Assembly: GCA_016214895.1 (NCBI GenBank) | Contig: JACRMR010000002.1 | Coordinates: 1 to 64,000 of the forward strand | DNA length: 64,000 bases | Reading direction: 5' to 3' | From: Candidatus Zhuqueibacterota bacterium | Lineage (GTDB): Bacteria; Electryoneota; RPQS01 | In this document: positions 56,985 to 64,000 of the stretch, in pieces | Position numbering within the stretch: position 1 is the stretch's first letter | Layout of the letters: each line of letters begins with the position of its first letter | Notes under the pieces: generated by a model | Seen by the model: the letters and a program-made list of their open reading frames with translations, nothing else | The model's database searches: none | Told to the model about the DNA's origin: nothing | Position numbers and translations under genes: made by a program

Positions 56985-57335
56985 GCGGACTCCGGTTTTC
57001 GCCAAAATAGCATTCGATTTTCGATGCTTGTTGATGACAAACGCCTCGCGGATTCGCTGTGAAGATTTTTGCATCCGCCCGGAACCCGGAGCCGGTTACG
57101 CGGGTATCATCAACGTCAGACAGTCAGCAAACGACACGACTCAGCTGCCGCTTTCGCGGAACTGATTACGCATAAGTTTAAGGCGTGCCGTGGAGATCAC
57201 CGACGACGGAGGCCACGTCGTAGTTTCTTCTCGGGCCGCGGCTCGCCGCCAATTTCGCGTGGTAGGGTAGGACCGGTCTTCGACGGCTGGAACCGCGCTT
57301 CCCAGACTCAGGCCTCCTCCACGCGCATCAATAGT

Positions 57336-57376
57336 GACCGGGTCATCAACTTGCTGGTGACCCGGTTTCTTTTTGC
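57336..57376 (+). terminator. terminator-like hairpin (ACCGGGTCA-N12-TGACCCGGT + TTCTTTTTG); a second hairpin at 57394-57416
   Basis: 9-bp stem followed by a T-run, ~350 nt after the GT2 stop. Second hairpin GCCTCTCC-atcccac-GGAGAGGC. Confidence 0.45.
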
Positions 57377-57492
57377 CTCTCTTCCATATTCAAGCCTCTC
57401 CATCCCACGGAGAGGCGTTGTCTTATCATAGCTGACCCACTGGCATGTTCTATACATAAGTATTTTAATAATTTATGTAAATACGATGCGAC

Positions 57493-57574
57493 TTGACAAT
57501 ATGCTGTTTTATTACTAAACTATGTTCAGTGACTGAAACACGATTACCGACCATGTAGTCAATTAAGGTAATCG
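57493..57574 (+). promoter_or_regulatory. promoter TTGACA-17-TAAACT plus 8-bp inverted repeat CGATTACC-N18-GGTAATCG in the leader; putative TetR operator
   Basis: -35 at 57493-57498, -10 at 57516-57521. Inverted-repeat arms at 57541-57548 and 57567-57574. A further inverted repeat TACATAA-N13-TTATGTA at 57453-57479. Confidence 0.5.
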
Positions 57575-57634
57575 ACGCAGAATTCCGTTAGCTCGCGCAG
57601 GCACACACCGAGCTGAGCCTGACGAGAGGCACAC

Positions 57635-58267
57635 ATGACCATCGCCGAACGAAAGTCCCGTGAACGCCAGGAAATGCGTTCGCTGATCCTCGAAACTGCG
57701 CGCGCCCTCTTTGTCGAGGAAGGCTTCGCCACGGTGTCGATCCGCCGCATTGCCGAAAAGATCGAGTACAGCCCGGCCACGATCTACCTCTATTTCAAGG
57801 ACAAGGACGAGATTCTCTATGCCGTTCACAATCTCGGCTTCGAGATGCTCATGGAGAAATTCCGCGATACGGCCACGATCTCCGATCCGTTTGAGCGCCT
57901 GCAGGCCATCAGCCGCCGCTACCTCGAATTTGCTATCGAGCACCCCGGATACTACGATCTGATGTTCATCATGCGCGGCCCGATTAAGACGATCGAGGAG
58001 GGCAGCGACGAATGGAATTACGGCCGCAAGTCCTTTGACTTCTTCAATGCCACGGTTCAGGAATGCGTGGATGCCGGCTACCTGCCCGCCGATTCGCGCG
58101 AGATAGCGGCCTTTGCGCTCTGGGGCTACGTACATGGCGTGGCCGCGTTGATTATCCGCCGCCGCTGTCCGATGCTTGATCAGGACAATATCGAAAATAT
58201 CGCGCTGGCCAGCGGGGACATGCTGAACCAACTTATCGCCGCGCACAAGCAGCGGACCCCGCATTGA
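57635..58267 (+). CDS. TetR/AcrR-family transcriptional regulator (210 aa)
   Basis: N-terminal HTH LILETARALFVEEGFATVSIRRIAEKIEYSPATIYLYFKDKDEIL is the canonical TetR signature. Confidence 0.9.
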   Translation: MTIAERKSRERQEMRSLILETARALFVEEGFATVSIRRIAEKIEYSPATIYLYFKDKDEILYAVHNLGFEMLMEKFRDTATISDPFERLQAISRRYLEFAIEHPGYYDLMFIMRGPIKTIEEGSDEWNYGRKSFDFFNATVQECVDAGYLPADSREIAAFALWGYVHGVAALIIRRRCPMLDQDNIENIALASGDMLNQLIAAHKQRTPH

Positions 58268-58307
58268 GACTTCCGCGCTATTCATGTTGGCCGCTTACTA
58301 CATCCCT

Positions 58308-59690
58308 ATGAAACGAACTCCACTCATCCGTCTCGCCGCCGGCACCCTGTTGCGCGCGGCGGCTCTCAGCGGCGCGCTGCTGCTCAGCTCGCTGACCGCC
58401 CGGGCGCAAGATACGCTGCGGTTGTCCCTCGACTCCGCCATCACGATTGCGCTACAGAATAGCAAGACGCTGCTGATCGCCCGGCAACAATCCGAAGCCG
58501 CGCAAGCGGCGGCGCAGGCCGCGCAGACGACGATGCTCCCGACACTTAAGGCAGGCGCATCCTACGCGCGGCTCTCCGATGTACCGGCGTTCGCGGTTAC
58601 GACGCCCTTTCCCGCGCCGCTGGACAAGATCACGTTGTCGGATCCGATTCTCGATAACTACTCCGCGAAGCTCGCGCTCGAGCAACCGCTGTTCACCGGC
58701 GGCAAGCTCAAGGCCGCGGTCGATGCACAGCGCGCCGCCGCCGGGGTCGCCGGCGCGGACCTCCAGACCACGCGAAGCCAACTGATCTATGATGCCCAGA
58801 AAGCGTATTGGCAACTCTACAAGGCGACGGAATTCAAAAGCGTCATTGACGATAATCTCGCGACCGTCGAAGCGCACTTGAAGGATGTCCGGAATCTGGT
58901 CGAGCAAGGATTAGCAACCACCACCGACGCACTGGCGGTCGAAGTGCAACTCGCAGATGTCCGACTGACGCAAATCGACGCCACCGACAACGTGCGCTTG
59001 GCAGCGATCGCGCTCTGCAATCAAGTCGGCTTGCCGCTGAACACTCCGATCAACGTGAGCACGCGGCCCGATCGCGCGGATGACATCGAGATCCCCGTGC
59101 GATTCCGGGATGGCGCGGCGCTCGATCAGACCGCACTGGCTCGTCGCGCAGAGCTGAACGCCGCCCAACACCGAATCGAAGCCGGTTCGGCCGGCGTGCG
59201 GTTGGCCCGTGCGGGATGGCTGCCGCAATTCGCAGGGGTGGCGAATTTCTCTTATCAGAATCCGAATCAACGCTATCAGCCGCTCACGCATGAGTGGAAC
59301 GACAGTTGGGATGTGGGTATTGCCGCCACCTGGACGCTCTGGAACTGGGGCGCCACGAAACATCAGACTCGATTGGCGCGCGCCCAACTCGCCCAAGCCG
59401 AGACGGCCAGGGCCGCCATGCAGGACGCGATCCGGCTCGAAGTCACCGCCGATCTCCTCCATCTAAACGAAGCCCGGCAGAAGATCTCCGTCGCCGCCGA
59501 CGGTGCGCGCTTGGCGGAAGAAAACTACCGGGCCACCCGCGAGAAATTCAAAAACGGCCTCGCCCGCAATTCCGAACTCCTGGACGCCGAAGACGATCTG
59601 CTGCGCGCGCGCTGGAATCAGACGCAGTCCATCGTTGATTTCCAGGTCGCGATTGCCAGGCTCGACAAGTCAACGGCAGCCACGCGCTGA
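58308..59690 (+). CDS. TolC-family outer-membrane efflux protein (~460 aa)
   Basis: Signal peptide. Two-repeat TolC architecture with LxxAxxNNxxL motifs (LSLDSAITIALQNSKTL; LAQAETARAAMQDAIRLEV). Confidence 0.85.
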   Translation: MKRTPLIRLAAGTLLRAAALSGALLLSSLTARAQDTLRLSLDSAITIALQNSKTLLIARQQSEAAQAAAQAAQTTMLPTLKAGASYARLSDVPAFAVTTPFPAPLDKITLSDPILDNYSAKLALEQPLFTGGKLKAAVDAQRAAAGVAGADLQTTRSQLIYDAQKAYWQLYKATEFKSVIDDNLATVEAHLKDVRNLVEQGLATTTDALAVEVQLADVRLTQIDATDNVRLAAIALCNQVGLPLNTPINVSTRPDRADDIEIPVRFRDGAALDQTALARRAELNAAQHRIEAGSAGVRLARAGWLPQFAGVANFSYQNPNQRYQPLTHEWNDSWDVGIAATWTLWNWGATKHQTRLARAQLAQAETARAAMQDAIRLEVTADLLHLNEARQKISVAADGARLAEENYRATREKFKNGLARNSELLDAEDDLLRARWNQTQSIVDFQVAIARLDKSTAATR

Positions 59691-59750
59691 GGTCGCGCAC
59701 GCCGTTGCCGCATGACCGATTTCAATCCACAATTCCGATAGGACGCCCCC

Positions 59751-60800
59751 ATGAGCAAGATAAGAACCGCCGGAATCACGATCATTCTGCTGGCCGTGAT
59801 CGTATTCGTCCTGCTGAGTAACAAGCAACACCTCGCCGCGATCTCCGTGCCCGATGTCCAGCTCACGATTCCGGTCCGCGTGCAGCAGGTGCAGCGCGCG
59901 CCGCTGGCCAACCAGGTCTCCCTTGTCGGCATGATCGCCGGGGCGAGCGACGTGACGATCGTGGCCGAAGCCGAGGGCCGGATCACCGCCGTCACGGCCG
60001 AGGTCGGCGATCAGGTCCGGGCCGGAGACGTGCTTTTTCAAATCGAAGACGAGTTGAAGCGCGCGGCCTTTGCGACCGCCGAAGTGAATTACGAAAAAGC
60101 CCGGCGCGATCTTGAACGCTATCAGAGCCTGCATCTTGACAGTACCGTCTCCGACACGCAGCTCGAGGGCGCGCGGTTGGCCGCCAAAACGGCCGAAGCC
60201 GCCTTCATTACGGCCCGCCGGCAACTCGCCGACTGCCGGGTAACGTCGCCGATCGACGGTGTGATCACGGCGCGACCACTCGATCTCGGAACGCGCGTGA
60301 AAATCGGCGATGTCGTCGCCAATGTCGTGGATATCGCGAAACTCAAAGTACGGGTCCAAGTTGCCGAAAAGGACGCCTTCCGGCTCAAACCGAAGGATGC
60401 GGTCGAAATCCACACGGACGTCTATCGCGATCAGTCATTCCGGGGAGAGATCGCGACCATCAGCGACAAGGCTGATGACGCGCACACGTATGCCGTCGAG
60501 ATCGCATTGTCGAACAGCGCCGCGCATCCCTTGAAAGCCGGCATGTTCGCGCGCGTGCAGTTCGCGATGGGCGATGTCAACCCGGTGCTGGCAATTCCGC
60601 GCGATGCGCTCACCGGCAGCTTGCGCGATCCGCACGTGTATATCATCGACGAGGGCGTGGCCCGGCTGCGAAGCGTCGTCATCGGCGACCAGGCCGGAAC
60701 CCTGCTGGCGGTCGAGGGCGGTCTGCGCGAAGGCGAAACTGTCGTCACCAGCGGGCAGAACAACTTGCGCGACAGCGCGAATGTCAGTATCGTCGAGTGA
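59751..60800 (+). CDS. efflux RND transporter periplasmic adaptor subunit (HlyD/MFP family), 349 aa
   Basis: N-terminal TM anchor. Biotinyl/lipoyl-like hairpin (GDQVRAGDVLFQIED). Coiled-coil. C-terminal beta-barrel motifs. Confidence 0.85.
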   Translation: MSKIRTAGITIILLAVIVFVLLSNKQHLAAISVPDVQLTIPVRVQQVQRAPLANQVSLVGMIAGASDVTIVAEAEGRITAVTAEVGDQVRAGDVLFQIEDELKRAAFATAEVNYEKARRDLERYQSLHLDSTVSDTQLEGARLAAKTAEAAFITARRQLADCRVTSPIDGVITARPLDLGTRVKIGDVVANVVDIAKLKVRVQVAEKDAFRLKPKDAVEIHTDVYRDQSFRGEIATISDKADDAHTYAVEIALSNSAAHPLKAGMFARVQFAMGDVNPVLAIPRDALTGSLRDPHVYIIDEGVARLRSVVIGDQAGTLLAVEGGLREGETVVTSGQNNLRDSANVSIVE

Positions 60801-60843
60801 GCCGGACCAGACACAAGCAACGTGACTCCGCGGAAACGACACT

Positions 60844-63800
60844 ATGAGTATCACTGAACTATCGATCAAGCGACCGACGCTCGTCATCGTGGGCTTCACG
60901 ATTCTGATGCTGCTCGGCGCATTTGGATACACGCAGCTCAATTATGAGCTGCTGCCGAAGATTACGCCGCCCGTGATCACGATCACCACGGTCTATCCCG
61001 GTGCTTCGCCGAGCGAAGTCGAGAATTCCGTCACGAAGGTGCTCGAGGATGCGGTGTCGGGACTCGACAAGGTGGACGCGCTCTATGCGCAGTCGCAAGA
61101 GGGCGCGTCGCTGCTGACCGTGAATTTCGAACAGTCCGCCGACATCGACAAAGCGCTGAGTGACGCCCAACGCGAGATTTCACAGGTCCAATCGCGCTTA
61201 CCCGACGGCATCAAAGCACCGATCATCGACCGCTTCGCGCTGGACGAATTCCCCGTGCTGCGCGTGGCCATGACCGGCACGCTTCCGGGAACGCAATTCT
61301 ATCAGTTGCTCAAAGACAAGGTGCAGCCCCGCCTCGCGCGGCTCGCCGGCGTCGGTCAAGTTACGCTGATCGGCGGCGAGGAACGCGAAATCCGGATCGC
61401 CCTCGACGCGCAGAAGATTCGCGCCAACAACTTGTCGATCTTGCAGGTCACCCAGGCGATCAAGAGCGCGAATCTCGATATTCCCACCGGCAAGGTCAAC
61501 GATACCGACGGTGAGTACATCGTCAGGCTCGCGGGAAAATTCGCGAGCGTCGACGATCTGCGCACGCTGGTGGTGGCGGAGGCGCGTGACGGCAGCCGGA
61601 TTCATCTGGCCGAGATCGCCGAGGTGCACGATGGCACTAAGGAAATTGCGACGTACAGCCGCTTGAATGGCGTGGACGCCGTGACCGTGCAGATCTTCAA
61701 GCAGTCGGACGCCAATCAGCTCGAAGTCAGCCGTCTCGCACGGGCGGAACTTGTGAATTTGGAGCAGGACTTCAAAGCGATCGGCCTCAAAGCGGATATT
61801 GCGCAAGACGGTTCGACGTTCACGGTGGATGCCGCGAATGCGGTGAAGCAGGACCTCAGCGTAGCGATTCTGCTTGTGGCGCTCGTCATGCTGGCGTTTC
61901 TGCACAGTGTGCGCAATTCCCTCATCGTCATGGTCGCGATTCCGGCGTCCCTGATCTCGACGATCTTCGCCATGTTTCTGCTTGGCTATACGCTGAATCT
62001 GATGACGTTGCTCGCCATGTCGCTGGTGATCGGAATCCTGGTGGACGACTCCATCGTCGTGCTCGAGAACATCTATCATCACATGGAGAAAGGCGAAGAC
62101 CGGCGCCAGGCGTCGGTTACCGGGCGCAGCGAGATCGGCTTCGCCGCGCTCGCCATTACCCTGGTTGACGTCGCCGTGTTCGTGCCGCTCATCATGGTAA
62201 CCGGAATCGTCGGCAACATCATGCGGCAATTCGCCGCCGTGGTCGTGGTCTCGACTCTGCTCAGCTTACTCGTGTCGTTCACGCTCACCCCGATGCTGGC
62301 GTCGCGCTTTGCGATCTTGCAGCCCTTGACGGCCAAATCGGTCATGGGACGGATCGGGCTGTTCTTTGAAGCGATGTACGACCGCTTCGCGAATCACTAC
62401 TCCGGAATACTCCACTGGAGCCTGCGCCACCGCAAGACCGTCGGAATCGCCACCCTCGTCATGTTCTTCGCGTCTGTGGCCCTGGTGCCGCTGGGCTTTA
62501 TCGGCGGCGAGTTCATTACGAAATCCGATCGCGGCGAGTTTTCGGTCACCGTTGAATTGCCACTGGGTACGCCGGTCGAAGAGACCAATCGCTTGACCCG
62601 CGACATCGAGGAGCGGCTGGCGGCTGTGCCCGAGGTACGAAAACTACTGACCAACGTCGGCACGTCCTCGGAAGGGTGGATCGGTCTAACGTCTCCGCAC
62701 GCCGCGGAAGTGAATGTGACGCTGGCAGCGCGGAGCGAACGCGAACGAACCACCGCGGAAATCGCGCGCGAGATCAAAGCAATCGTGCGGTCGTTTCCGG
62801 GAGTCAAGGTACGCGTGAATGAGATCGGCATCTTCGGCACGGCCGACCAGTCCCCGATCCAATTGGTCGTGAACGGCACGGACTACGACGAGGTTAGAGC
62901 CGGAGCCGAGCACTTGGCAACCGTGGTTCGACACGTTCCGGGCGCCACGGACGTTCGGCTGTCGAGTGAGGATGGCAAGCCCGAAACGCGCATCGACTTT
63001 GACCGCGAGAAAATGGCCGCTTTAGGTCTCTCCGTCGCCGAAGTCGGGCAGACACTGCGCGTGGCGCTGGACGGCGATGATGATTCAAAATTCCGCGACG
63101 GTCCGAACGACTTCGGCATTCGTATTCAATTGGACAGCTATGACCGGTCGCGCACCGCTAATCTCGCGAATTTGACTTTCTTCAACCGCTCCGGTCAGCA
63201 GATCGAGCTGCAACAATTTGCGACGATTCAGCAGACCTCCGGGCCGACCAAGCTGTTGCGACGCGACCGAAACTACGGGATCACCGTGCTCGCCAACTCG
63301 ACGGGACGACCCATCGGCTCGATCGGTCAGGATGTCGCCACCGCGCTCAAGAGCAATCCGCTCCCGGCGGGTGTCGGCATGGCGTACGAAGCGGACTTGA
63401 AGATGCAGCAGGAATCGAACTCGAGTCTCGGGATGGCGTTTCTCGCGGGCATCGTATTCACCTACCTGATCATGGTTGCCCTGTACAACTCCTGGATCTA
63501 CCCGTTCGTCGTTCTATTCTCGATCCCGGTGGCGATGATCGGCGCGCTGCTGGCGTTGGCGCTGACGATGAAGAGTCTGAGTATCTTCTCAATGCTCGGC
63601 ATCATCATGCTGATCGGACTCGTCGGCAAGAATGCGATTCTGCTCGTGGACCGCGCCAATGTGAACAAGGCCTCCGGGATGCCGACTTTCGCGGCGCTGA
63701 TGGAGGCGGGCAAGACGCGCCTGCGGCCGATTGTGATGACCACGATCGCGATGATCCTCGGAATGGTTCCGCTCGCGTTGCATTCCAGCGCCGGCGCCGA

Positions 63801-64000
63801 GTGGAAGTCGGGCCTCGCCGCGGCCCTGATCGGCGGACTCACCAGTTCGTTGCTGTTGACGTTGGTGCTCGTGCCCGTCGTTTACATCAAAGTCGATCAG
63901 TGGCGCGAATCCGTACCGGCCTTCTTCGGTCGCCTGTTCGGTCGTCGGATTGCGGTTCGGCCGATCCGTGTAGCGGTCGCCGCCGAGCATACGTCCGTAT
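60844..64000 (+). CDS. efflux RND transporter permease subunit (AcrB/HAE1 family), 3' end beyond the window
   Basis: MSITELSIKRPTLVIVGFTILMLLGAFGY... Canonical AcrB N-terminus. The open frame runs to the window end with the TM/periplasmic domain alternation of RND pumps. Confidence 0.9.
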   Translation, partial: MSITELSIKRPTLVIVGFTILMLLGAFGYTQLNYELLPKITPPVITITTVYPGASPSEVENSVTKVLEDAVSGLDKVDALYAQSQEGASLLTVNFEQSADIDKALSDAQREISQVQSRLPDGIKAPIIDRFALDEFPVLRVAMTGTLPGTQFYQLLKDKVQPRLARLAGVGQVTLIGGEEREIRIALDAQKIRANNLSILQVTQAIKSANLDIPTGKVNDTDGEYIVRLAGKFASVDDLRTLVVAEARDGSRIHLAEIAEVHDGTKEIATYSRLNGVDAVTVQIFKQSDANQLEVSRLARAELVNLEQDFKAIGLKADIAQDGSTFTVDAANAVKQDLSVAILLVALVMLAFLHSVRNSLIVMVAIPASLISTIFAMFLLGYTLNLMTLLAMSLVIGILVDDSIVVLENIYHHMEKGEDRRQASVTGRSEIGFAALAITLVDVAVFVPLIMVTGIVGNIMRQFAAVVVVSTLLSLLVSFTLTPMLASRFAILQPLTAKSVMGRIGLFFEAMYDRFANHYSGILHWSLRHRKTVGIATLVMFFASVALVPLGFIGGEFITKSDRGEFSVTVELPLGTPVEETNRLTRDIEERLAAVPEVRKLLTNVGTSSEGWIGLTSPHAAEVNVTLAARSERERTTAEIAREIKAIVRSFPGVKVRVNEIGIFGTADQSPIQLVVNGTDYDEVRAGAEHLATVVRHVPGATDVRLSSEDGKPETRIDFDREKMAALGLSVAEVGQTLRVALDGDDDSKFRDGPNDFGIRIQLDSYDRSRTANLANLTFFNRSGQQIELQQFATIQQTSGPTKLLRRDRNYGITVLANSTGRPIGSIGQDVATALKSNPLPAGVGMAYEADLKMQQESNSSLGMAFLAGIVFTYLIMVALYNSWIYPFVVLFSIPVAMIGALLALALTMKSLSIFSMLGIIMLIGLVGKNAILLVDRANVNKASGMPTFAALMEAGKTRLRPIVMTTIAMILGMVPLALHSSAGAEWKSGLAAALIGGLTSSLLLTLVLVPVVYIKVDQWRESVPAFFGRLFGRRIAVRPIRVAVAAEHTSV

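Noticed and set aside
57069-57431. 120-aa plus-strand ORF in the spacer before the TetR gene
   Set aside because: Spans both terminator-like hairpins, has no RBS and is Arg-rich low-complexity. Non-coding is more likely.

Overview
This is a high-GC (~65%) bacterial chromosomal window of 64 kb. Most of it is dense coding sequence on both strands, with a 2.8-kb low-GC mobile-looking island at the left edge. All identifications below come from reading the sequence and recalling protein-family motifs; no database search was run.

The genome carries a type IX secretion system (T9SS). Six proteins in this window end in the T9SS C-terminal sorting domain, and there is one PorV-family outer-membrane protein. 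The lineage is probably FCB-superphylum-like, but I cannot name it.

Genes I recognise with confidence:
- icd (NADP-dependent isocitrate dehydrogenase)
- archease-rtcB RNA-repair operon with an adjacent CheY-like response regulator
- tRNA-Phe(GAA) with its promoter and terminator
- PhzF-family protein, STAS anti-sigma antagonist, and an S8 subtilase carrying a T9SS sorting domain
- GT39/PMT-type glycosyltransferase with TPR repeats
- GT2 processive (cellulose-synthase-like) glycosyltransferase
- ECF sigma factor with a zf-HC2 anti-sigma factor
- MarR-GNAT fusion regulator
- 8-oxoguanine-deaminase-like amidohydrolase
- TetR-TolC-adaptor-RND efflux operon, running off the right edge
- SusC-like TonB-dependent receptor, an SPFH/SHOCT protein, and several beta-helix and Cys-rich secreted proteins

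Candidates for something new:
1. The left-edge island: an IS630-like transposase remnant, then a two-gene cassette (387-aa unknown protein plus a 163-aa P-loop NTPase with a Shine-Dalgarno sequence and GTG start), then a tandem ~117-bp structured repeat and an AT-rich junction.
2. That same repeat family has a second, inverted copy in the icd 3' UTR 10 kb away. One hairpin shows a compensatory double substitution (T>A in one arm, A>T in the other), which argues for selection on structure.
3. A ~12-kb operon (12874-25141) containing a TonB-dependent receptor with thrombospondin-type-3-like calcium-binding repeats, a beta-helix lipoprotein, a 1003-aa secreted protein placed where PorU sits relative to PorV in Bacteroidota, the PorV-family protein, and a 737-aa lipoprotein.
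4. A module of ECF sigma, zf-HC2 anti-sigma, and an FHA/transglutaminase-like/Clp-N protein translationally coupled to a GT2 synthase that lacks a PilZ domain.
5. A second, non-T9SS C-terminal module shared by two Cys-rich secreted proteins.
6. A G/C-rich tandem hairpin repeat downstream of rtcB.
7. An orphan intrinsic terminator inside a 1.1-kb non-coding gap, which may mark a small RNA gene.

No CRISPR array, rRNA gene, or obvious integrase or reverse transcriptase was seen. Many long antisense ORFs in the six-frame track are high-GC shadow frames and were not called.
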